A DNA stretch of 64,000 nucleotides from Gammaproteobacteria bacterium (GCA_965222615.1 CBDCUI010000008.1:992001-1056000); one strand, 5' to 3'. Positions 11,988-20,453 are shown, numbered from the stretch's first letter. Notes: generated by a model not told the origin, from the sequence alone. A program made the numbers and translations.

Positions 11988-12464
11988 TTATAAATTTACA
12001 GAAATTAAATAATTATAGTAGCTCTCTCGCATGGGTATTTTTGCATCGATAGATTGGTTCATGACCTCATCAAGTACTGCTTCAAACTCATCGCGAATAG
12101 TATTGAAAAAAGTTTCAGTAAGCGGATATCTACCCGTAGGTAGCGCAATTACTTTTTGCTGAAATTTAAGTGGAAAGATTAATCTATCTGCAAATAGAAT
12201 TTTTACTGCAAAAACCCAACGCCAATCCCAACAGTAAGGTACTGGAGAATTTTTTCTTATACACACATCAAGTAATTCCCCTCCATTCATTTCGCCTTTA
12301 CTGAAAATAATGGCTTGATAAGAGTTGGGATTATTTGAACAGATCAAATTTGCTTCAACGAGATCTGATTTATCTGTGTGCTGTTTAAGTTTTTTGTATA
12401 AAGCTGGATAGAAAGCTTCAAGAAAAGCCAATAACTTAGGGTATTGTTGGGCTGACGTAACCAT
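11988..12464 (-). CDS. Hypothetical protein
   Basis: 158-aa ORF filling the gap between glpD and the tRNA. Confidence 0.6.
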   Translation of the reverse strand: MVTSAQQYPKLLAFLEAFYPALYKKLKQHTDKSDLVEANLICSNNPNSYQAIIFSKGEMNGGELLDVCIRKNSPVPYCWDWRWVFAVKILFADRLIFPLKFQQKVIALPTGRYPLTETFFNTIRDEFEAVLDEVMNQSIDAKIPMRESYYNYLISVNL

Positions 12465-12506
12465 AAATCCAAATTGTGCTAATCTAAATCTTTATACTAA
12501 CATCGT

Positions 12507-12583
12507 GCGCCTGTAGCTCAGCTGGATAGAGTACCTGGCTTCGAACCAGGTGGTCGGGGGTTCGAATCCCTCCAGGCGCGCCA
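12507..12583 (+). tRNA. tRNA-Arg(TCG)
   Basis: GCGCCTG/CAGGCGC acceptor, CCTGG-CTTCGAA-CCAGG, GGGGGTTCGAATCCCTC, CCA; TATACT at 12493-12498. Confidence 0.95.
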
Positions 12584-12935
12584 ACATCCAAATGGGTCAA
12601 TAATGGCCCATTTGGATGTTGATGCAATTGGTTAGTTTCGAACCCCCGACATAGATAATGGAGTTCGACAAATTCGTCTGGCGAGTACATGGATGTACGA
12701 GAGAGAGAACGTATCATGGAAGATGCGTACCGCTGTATAAAAACAGCAGTTTATTTTTGAATATGTGGCTAAGTCAAAATAGTCGAAAAGGGCGAGTATA
12801 GAGATATGGGAGAGAGAGTTCGCATCAGGGAGGATGCGAGCAACTTTTAGACAATCTCCCATGAAGGTATTTTGTAATCCTCCGGATATGAGCGTAGGAA
12901 CACACGAAAGAGTCTGCATCATGGAAAGTGCGCTC
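12584..12935 (+). repeat. tRNA-linked structured trailer, copy C (after tRNA-Arg TCG)
   Basis: Homologous to copy A; hairpin 12583-12620, anti-T-arm 12637-12650, four clear GGA hairpins. Confidence 0.85.
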
Positions 12936-13073
12936 AACAATTACCTTCAAAGCACCTGACTTTCAATGATCAATTGCCATAAATTTCACTAGTCTTCGCT
13001 GCTTATTTAACAAGTAGCATCTTCAAGTGACTCTAAGTATTTGAAAGAAGGTGAACTTAATAGAAAGTTTTTG

Positions 13074-13089
13074 TGTGACTTAAGTCACA
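13074..13089. promoter_or_regulatory. CRP-type binding site
   Basis: Perfect palindrome TGTGA-CTTAAG-TCACA. Confidence 0.7.
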
Positions 13090-13330
13090 TTTTGGGAATC
13101 TGGTCATGTCTTAATCCACCTTTTTCATAATTCTATCAATATACTTTAAGACTCTATATTTAAGTTACACACTTAATGCAAATAGAGACGTGGACAGATA
13201 TGGAGGTAGCGAGATCTGCACGGTGCGGAAGTACCAAATAAATAAAAGTATAAAAAAGTTGATGAAGTCGAAGTTAATGAAAGTTTTTAAATGTTAACTT
13301 CATTTTCAGAGAGTTATAGGAGGTAGGGAT

Positions 13331-13444
13331 ATGCAGACAAGAAATAATTCAATATTAAGAAAGCTACTCATACCGGAAATTATATTATTTTTAATTGGTA
13401 TCTCGGGATTTTTAATACAGTTTTTTAATATATTTCCAGGCTAA
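13331..13444 (+). CDS. Small single-TM peptide (37 aa)
   Basis: GGAGGT SD at 13319-13324; MQTRNNSILRKLLIPEIILFLIGISGFLIQFFNIFPG. Confidence 0.55.
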   Translation: MQTRNNSILRKLLIPEIILFLIGISGFLIQFFNIFPG

Positions 13445-14000
13445 TTAATTGATCTGAAAGTTTAAAGCATTTACTAATTGCTAAAATCGTAATGGCAGTT
13501 CAATTATTGTCAGTGAACAATTAAATTTTTCTCTCTAATGTAAATTTCAAAAGCACGCGTATTAGTATGTGTACTTTATTTATAGCTAGTTTTTACTGGA
13601 AAATTTAAAAATATACTGGTGCATCTTCAAAGAATATTTCCATTGATTTTAGTAAGCGAGATTAATGAAGTTAGTTAGCTTATTTAGAAAAATTAGGCGA
13701 TGAATCAAACTAAATTTTACAAATAGTTTTTTAACAAAAATACTACATTAAATTATCCAGTTGTCACTGAAACATATAACAAGTATTAAGAACTACATGA
13801 TAATTAACAAAAATATAAATATATATATTTCAGAATGTTATATGACTATTTTTATTAAGTCTCAAAGTTTTATTAAACATTTGTTATCTGGTTCATTTTT
13901 TTAATAAAAAAGCAATTTTTGCTTTGGAAATATTCGGTGTGATGTTAAAGTACCTGCTTCATTAAATAAGTGATAGCTTTTAAAGAGGGAGGATTATTTA

Positions 14001-14252
14001 ATGAGTGAAGAGAAATCACAAAGTGAATCTAGAAGAAGGTTTTTAAAAACCACTGGCAAATTTGCTATCTATACACCACCTGCATTGTTTTTAATGAGTA
14101 AAGCCAATGCGAATCACAGCGACTTGTATAAATCTGTCAAGCCAAATGGCATACGTCGTGGTAAACGTAATGGCCAACGCAGAAGCTATGGGCGTCGTAG
14201 ACGTTATGGCCGACGCGGGTTAAGGAGACGACTTAGAAGGTTCTTCTCTTAG
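14001..14252 (+). CDS. Putative RiPP precursor / Tat-like leader peptide with Arg-rich tail
   Basis: Strong SD GGGAGG; SRRRFLK, YTPPAL, ANA; 16 Arg in last 34 aa; C-terminal Ser. Confidence 0.75.
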   Translation: MSEEKSQSESRRRFLKTTGKFAIYTPPALFLMSKANANHSDLYKSVKPNGIRRGKRNGQRRSYGRRRRYGRRGLRRRLRRFFS

Positions 14253-14440
14253 AAAAAGTCATATCTAGATTTTATCTATAGAATCAAATCATATTTGGTG
14301 CCAAAACAAGAGTTTAGCGCCCCTTCCATATACAAATTTTAAAGCGCTGATCTAAAGGGGGCTATCTTTTCCCCTTTTTGTATAAATATCCGCTAACCTA
14401 TTGAATAGAGTTCAATAAAATATTTTGTCAAACATTACTC

Positions 14441-15634
14441 ATGTCTAGCCAGCTAAGCTCAGTATTTCCTTTGCCTAATGATTCAATTAGCACATATCTA
14501 ATTGATAATGAACTTATCGTGTTTGATGCTCGTTCTAGACAGCTAGTGCGTCTAAATGGGACAGCAACTCAAATCTGGAAGATGCATGAGAATAATATAA
14601 CTACAGATGAAATAGCCTCTGAATTATCAGCGATCTATGGATTAAAAAAAACAGAGTTACTCCCTGATATCCGCATGGCTTTAAACGAATGGCATGTAAT
14701 GGGTATGTTGGGGAATGAACATATACCAACTGTAGAAGAGGAAGCTGATGTTCTTGATCATTTGAAACAAACAACTGTAAATTATCAAGATAGACAAGGT
14801 TTTATTAAAGTAAAAGAATTTACATTTTTAGATACGGGATTTGTTATAGAAGCATCAAGTGATGAGCTTAAAAAAATTTTATTGCCATTATTTTCGCATT
14901 TGGGAAAAATAGAAAGTAAAACCACTCATAAAATAAAAGTTATAGAAGAAAATTCTAGTTATGTTGTGTTAGATGGCGATATGGAATTAGGGTGTACTAA
15001 TAGACTTGAAGAAATTGCACCGATAGTCAATGCACATGTGTTGGTAGTAGGTTTTTTAGAGGTGGACTGTCTTTCAGTTTTTCATTCAGGTGTGATATAT
15101 GATGAAACTGGAGTAGTGTTATTAAGTGCAGGAAGTGGTAGTGGTAAGTCAACATTAACTGCTGCATTGATGTGTGCCGGGAAAACTTTTTTCACAGACG
15201 AGTTAGCTATTCTTACACACGATAAAAAAATACGCCCTGCACCTGGTTGTGTTGGCTTAAAAGAAGGCTCATGGAACGTAATTGAAGAATTCTATCCAAG
15301 CATTTTTAAATTACCTACTCATATGCGTCAGGACGATAAGGTAGTTAAATATGTCCCACCAGCTTCACTGCCTTCTGTCGAGCAACTGAAACATGGAGAG
15401 AAGGTGCGAGCGATAGTATTCCCAAATTATTCACCTGACTGCCAATCAGCATTGGTGGAGATTTCTGCTGTAGATGCCCTGGTGAAAATAACCGATGCAG
15501 GTTATCACACAAACCAAACTTTGAATCATGAATCTGTAGCTAAATTGGTTGATTGGATTGTGGATATACCTGCCTATGAGTTAAAAGTAAACGACCTTAA
15601 AGAAGCGGTTGATCTCGTATCAAAATTATTTTAA
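14441..15634 (+). CDS. PqqD/RRE domain fused to HPr-kinase-like P-loop kinase
   Basis: N-term ELIVFD..LNGTATQIW..EIASEL..Y..DI...L (RRE pattern); C-term FHSG..GSGSGKSTLTAAL..TDE. Confidence 0.85.
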   Translation: MSSQLSSVFPLPNDSISTYLIDNELIVFDARSRQLVRLNGTATQIWKMHENNITTDEIASELSAIYGLKKTELLPDIRMALNEWHVMGMLGNEHIPTVEEEADVLDHLKQTTVNYQDRQGFIKVKEFTFLDTGFVIEASSDELKKILLPLFSHLGKIESKTTHKIKVIEENSSYVVLDGDMELGCTNRLEEIAPIVNAHVLVVGFLEVDCLSVFHSGVIYDETGVVLLSAGSGSGKSTLTAALMCAGKTFFTDELAILTHDKKIRPAPGCVGLKEGSWNVIEEFYPSIFKLPTHMRQDDKVVKYVPPASLPSVEQLKHGEKVRAIVFPNYSPDCQSALVEISAVDALVKITDAGYHTNQTLNHESVAKLVDWIVDIPAYELKVNDLKEAVDLVSKLF

Positions 15635-15639
15635 GTAAT

Positions 15640-16680
15640 ATGAGTTATCACGAATATCGTTTTATTACGTCTACAGTATCTCCGTTTATTTCAGCTGAGG
15701 AATTAGTAAAGCAGATTAAATCAAATGAACCACTGAACTGGGAAGTGGTAGCAGATATTGCAGGCACTCATTCAATCATTCAAGCGCTATACCCAGCATT
15801 TATTGAAAAAGATGTTGTAGGTTATATTCCAAATGAATTTCTGGATTATGCACAACATTTAAGTGAACTAAACCAAGATCGTAATCGAATGATGAAGGCA
15901 CAGCTGATTGAGGCTGTGTCTATTATTAACAAGTCTGGAATAAAACCCCTATTGATGAAAGGCGCAGCACATCTCATACTCGATACATTTTCGAGGACTT
16001 CTGATCGATTATTAACAGATTTGGATATCCTAGTTCCTGCAGATGAAATCAAGCGCATTAGCGAAGCATTTATTGAAGCTGGCTATACATTTTACGAAGA
16101 AAAGATTGATTTTATAGAAACCCACCATCACTACCCTCCATTAATCAAGCAAGGTGAATGTGCAATGATTGAGTTGCATCGAGAGTTAATGTTTAGTGAG
16201 CAGCAACATATATTTCCAACAAAACGTGCGTGGGAAAATACTATTGATATTACGTTGTCTGGGAATGCTCAAGCTAAAGTACTCAATCCAACCTATAGAG
16301 TGTTTCTTAGTTTCTTGCATAATAGTTTGGTTGACTCTCTTTATCTAAAAGGCTACGTTGAAATTCGACAATTGCACGAACTGGCTAGAACTCAGTTTGT
16401 ATATTCTCCCGATATAGATTGGGGAGCAATGCAAAGCTATGCGCACGAAAAAAATGTTTCTAAACAACTAGACGCTAATTTATATGCGGCTAGTAAGTTT
16501 ATGGGTATTCCAGAATTTATGGAGTTTATCAACAATAATGTAATAAGTGCTGTATTACATTACTACAGAGTTTGTTTAAAGCTTAAATATAGTTGGTTTG
16601 AAACCTTGGATGCTAAGCTATATAGAAGAAAAAAACGCATGCGTTCCAGAACTAATCTGCCATCTCACGAAACTGTATGA
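15640..16680 (+). CDS. Nucleotidyltransferase family protein (NTP_transf_5-like)
   Basis: LLMKGAA..R...DLDILV..IELH. Confidence 0.85.
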   Translation: MSYHEYRFITSTVSPFISAEELVKQIKSNEPLNWEVVADIAGTHSIIQALYPAFIEKDVVGYIPNEFLDYAQHLSELNQDRNRMMKAQLIEAVSIINKSGIKPLLMKGAAHLILDTFSRTSDRLLTDLDILVPADEIKRISEAFIEAGYTFYEEKIDFIETHHHYPPLIKQGECAMIELHRELMFSEQQHIFPTKRAWENTIDITLSGNAQAKVLNPTYRVFLSFLHNSLVDSLYLKGYVEIRQLHELARTQFVYSPDIDWGAMQSYAHEKNVSKQLDANLYAASKFMGIPEFMEFINNNVISAVLHYYRVCLKLKYSWFETLDAKLYRRKKRMRSRTNLPSHETV

Positions 16681-16709
16681 AAATTATTGCGCTTGTTTTC
16701 TAGTTTCAA

Positions 16710-17168
16710 ATGAAAACTAAGGCAATAACAAATACACATTATTTTTTCTTTTTTTTAAGTATTTTTCTCGTTGCATGTAGTGACACCTCTGAGTTGAAGC
16801 CTTTTACTAGTGATGGGTGTTCTCTTTTTCCAGATGGTTCTTTAATTAGTAAAAAAGATTGGTGCGAATGTTGTTTTCAACATGACTTAGCCTATTGGCG
16901 TGGAGGTACTGAGAAAGAACGCGAAATCGCAGATGCTAAGTTGAAAGCATGTGTATATGAGAAAACCGGTGATGAGACCCTAGCAAAAATTATGTATGAC
17001 GGGGTGCGTCTTGGCGGTAGTCCTTATTTTTATAATTGGTATCGTTGGGGATATGGCTGGTCTTATCAGAGGAAGTATCAAGCATTAACAGATGTTGAGT
17101 TAAAGCAAGTAACAAGACTTATAGAAGAGCACCAAATAAGCAGCATAAAATATTGCCAAACTTATTGA
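16710..17168 (+). CDS. Lipoprotein with secreted PLA2-like motif
   Basis: LVAC lipobox; DGCS, CCFQHDLAY, AD..L..C. Confidence 0.7.
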   Translation: MKTKAITNTHYFFFFLSIFLVACSDTSELKPFTSDGCSLFPDGSLISKKDWCECCFQHDLAYWRGGTEKEREIADAKLKACVYEKTGDETLAKIMYDGVRLGGSPYFYNWYRWGYGWSYQRKYQALTDVELKQVTRLIEEHQISSIKYCQTY

Positions 17169-17210
17169 AAGTTCTCCATATGTTCTCTATAATGAGAACA
17201 TATGGAGAAT
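17165..17210 (+). promoter_or_regulatory. sigma70 promoter with overlapping putative LexA operator
   Basis: TTGAAA-17bp-TATAAT; 16-bp perfect inverted repeat around the -10; GTTC-N7-GTTC and GAAC-N7-GAAT. Confidence 0.85.
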
Positions 17211-17214
17211 ATTT

Positions 17215-17805
17215 ATGCCAACTGAACGAGAGCATGCCACGCTACAATTCATCGCAGATTATATACTCAGACACCGCAAGGCGCCCCTACTAACGGAAAT
17301 TGCTAAGGGTTTGGGCATTCAGTCTAAGGGCGTTGTACACCGATATTTATCCGCATTAGAAGAGCAAGGCTATATTCGCCGTTATCAAAAGCATCGGGGT
17401 ATAGAATTGATCGACTATCCCGATTACGACGAATTGCCGTTGTTGGGGCGCATTGCTGCAGGTAAACCCATTGAAGCAATTGAAGATCGTGAGTTGATTA
17501 GTTTTGCACATTTGCTAGGTGGCCCCAATCGCTATGTGTTGCAAGTTAAAGGTCTTTCTATGATTGACGAGGGCATTCGCAGTGGCGACCTTGTGGTAAT
17601 CGAACAATCTAATACAGCGCGTAACAACCAAATTGTGGTGGCATTGATCGATAACCACGAAGCTACTTTAAAAAGAATTAAATTTCTAAATAGAGACGTG
17701 ATTCGTTTGATTCCTGCAAATAAAAATATGCAACCTAAAAACTATTCAGCTGATCGCGTCACGATACAAGGGGTATTGGTTGGTCAAGTGAGAGTGTATT
17801 CATAG
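17215..17805 (+). CDS. lexA: LexA repressor
   Basis: wHTH, IAAG cleavage site, GLSM Ser, TLKR Lys. Confidence 0.93.
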   Translation: MPTEREHATLQFIADYILRHRKAPLLTEIAKGLGIQSKGVVHRYLSALEEQGYIRRYQKHRGIELIDYPDYDELPLLGRIAAGKPIEAIEDRELISFAHLLGGPNRYVLQVKGLSMIDEGIRSGDLVVIEQSNTARNNQIVVALIDNHEATLKRIKFLNRDVIRLIPANKNMQPKNYSADRVTIQGVLVGQVRVYS

Positions 17806-17808
17806 CAC

Positions 17809-19026
17809 ATGAAGCGTTGGCCGCGTGCAGTTATTTTTATCGACATGGATGCCTTTTTTGCTAGTGTCGAACAAAATTCACGACCTGAATTACGTGGAAA
17901 GCCAATCGGTATTACTAATGGTCTTACCGGCACCTGTTTTATTACTTGTTCGTACGAAGCAAGAAGGTATGGAATAAAAACTGGTATGCGGCTTAAAGAA
18001 GCACGTAGTTTATGTCCACATGTGCAACAAATTCCTGCAAGAGCAGAATTATATGCCGAAGTATCTACACGCATTATGTCGGCATTGCAGTCAGTTACTC
18101 CTGATATCGAAATATTTTCAGTTGATGAAGCTTTTCTTGATGTCACTCATTGTCAGGGTATTTATAAAAATCCTATGCATGCAGCCGAACTTGCTAAACA
18201 AATTGTTGAAAAGGCGGGTGGAGTAACCTGTAGTATAGGCATTAGCGGTGATAAAACCACAGCAAAGTATGCAGCTAAAACTAAAAAACCTGGAGGGCTA
18301 ATATCCGTGCCGCCTTGGAAGGCGCGTGACTTTTTACAAGATGTACCTGTTACTGAATTATGTGGAATTGCTAGAGGCATAGGGGAATTTCTTAATGATA
18401 GAAAAATCTATGTCTGTGGCGACATGATTAAACTTCCAATTGGTGAGCTTGCGGGGCGATTTGGTAATTTAGGTCGACGTATTTGGTATATGGCACAAGG
18501 TTTAGATCCAGAGCCTATAAAGCAAACTATAGCTGCACCGAAATCAATTGGACATGGGAAAATAATGCCGCCTAACACAAGAAGTCCTAATGTATTAAAA
18601 ACTTATTTACATCATATGAGTGAAAAAGTTGCAGCGCGTTTGCGTAAACATGCATTTGAGGCACAATGTTTTTTTGTTGGATTCCGTACTAGCCATAAAT
18701 GGTTGGCTGATAAATTTCGAGTGGAAGAGCCTACTGATGACGGACGAGAAATTAGAATGGTTGCAGAAAAGATACTTGGAGTTTGGAAAGGCGAGGGCGT
18801 GTTTCAAGTACAGATTACGGCGCTTGATCTGCGTCCACGCGGGAATCAACTGTCTTTTTTTAATATTGTAGATGAACAGCAGCAATGTCTAAATCAAGCG
18901 ATGGACCAAATCAATGAGCGCTTTGGTGAATTTGCAATTACCTCTGCTACATTGTTGAACCGTTCTGAGATGCCTAATGTGATATCTCCTTCATGGAAGC
19001 CGGTTGGGCATCGAAGGACAGTATAA
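17809..19026 (+). CDS. dinB: Y-family DNA polymerase IV
   Basis: IDMDAFFASVE, SYEARRYG, SVDEAF. Confidence 0.9.
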   Translation: MKRWPRAVIFIDMDAFFASVEQNSRPELRGKPIGITNGLTGTCFITCSYEARRYGIKTGMRLKEARSLCPHVQQIPARAELYAEVSTRIMSALQSVTPDIEIFSVDEAFLDVTHCQGIYKNPMHAAELAKQIVEKAGGVTCSIGISGDKTTAKYAAKTKKPGGLISVPPWKARDFLQDVPVTELCGIARGIGEFLNDRKIYVCGDMIKLPIGELAGRFGNLGRRIWYMAQGLDPEPIKQTIAAPKSIGHGKIMPPNTRSPNVLKTYLHHMSEKVAARLRKHAFEAQCFFVGFRTSHKWLADKFRVEEPTDDGREIRMVAEKILGVWKGEGVFQVQITALDLRPRGNQLSFFNIVDEQQQCLNQAMDQINERFGEFAITSATLLNRSEMPNVISPSWKPVGHRRTV

Positions 19027-19181
19027 GTACATGGTTTAATTATTTGGGATACACAGGTCATCGAAGAACAGTGTGAGCACATAGTTCATTTAACATGAAG
19101 TCTGCTGGTCATCGAAAGACAGTATGAGCGCATGATTCATTTATGCGGGATTGGCAGGTTATCGAAAGACAGTGTGTGAGC
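19006..19181 (+). repeat. Degenerate tandem repeat (about 3.5 x 50 bp) of the dinB 3' end
   Basis: Units start at 19006, 19056, 19107, 19157: GG(G/T)YATCGAARRACAGTRT. Confidence 0.85.
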
Positions 19182-19480
19182 AATAAGATAGAGATCTTTC
19201 TTTGAGCTTTAGCTGAGGAGGCTCAAGCAGAGTCAGTAATATACCAATTCTGTTTAAAAGCAACTGAGAATTTCTTATGCGATGCAAATGGTTGTAATAG
19301 ACAGATAAATGGTAATAAATTCACCTAAAATCTGTGACTTACTTGCCGTTAATCTTTTACATGTAGCCTTTTAGTGAAATTGTCAAGGAAAATTAAGTCC
19401 ACATTCATACAATAGGTTACGACAATTAGGTCAAAGTAGTTTGGTTATAGGGAATAACTTTTGATGAAAAGGAGCACTTC

Positions 19481-19669
19481 ATGATATCAGCCAAAAGCAT
19501 TGAACGGCTTTATCAATCGTCAAAGCCATCAAAACTTCGTGCAGCGAGAAAATTGTACTCGTTACATACCAATTTAGATAGTGTAGAAGATACGACTATG
19601 GATACTCATTTAAGTCGTGATCAAGTCTTAGAAATTTATGATTGGATAGCGCAGTTGAATGCACAATAA
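19481..19669 (+). CDS. Small hypothetical protein
   Basis: AAGGAG SD; 62 aa. Confidence 0.55.
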   Translation: MISAKSIERLYQSSKPSKLRAARKLYSLHTNLDSVEDTTMDTHLSRDQVLEIYDWIAQLNAQ

Positions 19670-19738
19670 TTTTTTGAAATTAAAGTACGGTTAATTTTTG
19701 GGAGCCTTTATAAACGCTAACTTAAATAGGGATGTAAT

Positions 19739-19837
19739 ATGGATGTAACACACACAATACTAATGTATGACATTATTGCACTAGTTGGAATTATAGTAGC
19801 AAGTTCTGTTTATTTGTACCGTCGGAAGTTTCACTAG
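19739..19837 (+). CDS. Small single-TM peptide (32 aa)
   Basis: AGGGA SD; MDVTHTILMYDIIALVGIIVASSVYLYRRKFH. Confidence 0.5.
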   Translation: MDVTHTILMYDIIALVGIIVASSVYLYRRKFH

Positions 19838-19913
19838 AAAGTTAAAATTAAGAGACTAGAGGTTTCTTAAATAACAGAGTCCAACTCCAAGCGTTTAACA
19901 CGCTTATAATAAT

Positions 19914-19936
19914 AAGCCCCCATCTTAAGGGGGCTT
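19914..19936. terminator. Probable bidirectional terminator
   Basis: AAGCCCCC-ATCTTAA-GGGGGCTT between convergent genes. Confidence 0.7.
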
Positions 19937-19955
19937 TCTAATTTCAGAACTTAAA

Positions 19956-20453
19956 TTATAGATCTTTTGTAAAATTAAAGGCTGAGCATCTTAAAGTGCC
20001 CATTAGCGCTTCATGAAACTCTTGTGTTTTATCATCACCAATTTCATTACGGACGCAGTCAATTAATTTTTCAGTAAATTTTATACCATCACTGGCGATA
20101 CGCTCTCCCTTGGGAGATAGCTTTAGATTGACGACTCTTCTGTCTTGTTTACTATGTTCACGGCTTACAAGCCCTTTAGCTTCTAACAATTCAAGTTGTC
20201 TGCTAATAGTACCAGAATCTGTAAATGTAGCTGCAGATACCTTTGCTGGTGTTGTTGCAAGTTCTAAGTAAATAGACTTGAGTATCCGCCATTGCTGATA
20301 ATTAACATGATGCTTTTTTAAATAGTCTGACGTCTTTTTGCGAGCAATACTATTTATAGTTTCTATATATGTAATTATGTCTGCATCAATTTTATTATCT
20401 TTTTTTTCTAGCACACGTGTTGTAAAAGCACTCTCTTCTTCTGTAATGTTCAT
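19956..20453 (-). CDS. MarR-family regulator
   Basis: QWRIL..TISRQLELLEAKGLV.R...DRRVV.L.L. Confidence 0.9.
   Translation of the reverse strand: MNITEEESAFTTRVLEKKDNKIDADIITYIETINSIARKKTSDYLKKHHVNYQQWRILKSIYLELATTPAKVSAATFTDSGTISRQLELLEAKGLVSREHSKQDRRVVNLKLSPKGERIASDGIKFTEKLIDCVRNEIGDDKTQEFHEALMGTLRCSAFNFTKDL

Noticed and set aside
14001-16680. Canonical lasso peptide cluster
   Set aside because: No cyclase or B2 peptidase in the window; the core lacks a ring-forming Asp/Glu at position 7-9 after a plausible cleavage site.
19006-19181. CRISPR array interpretation
   Set aside because: Repeats are degenerate, variable parts only ~13 nt, the first unit is coding, and there are no cas genes in the window.
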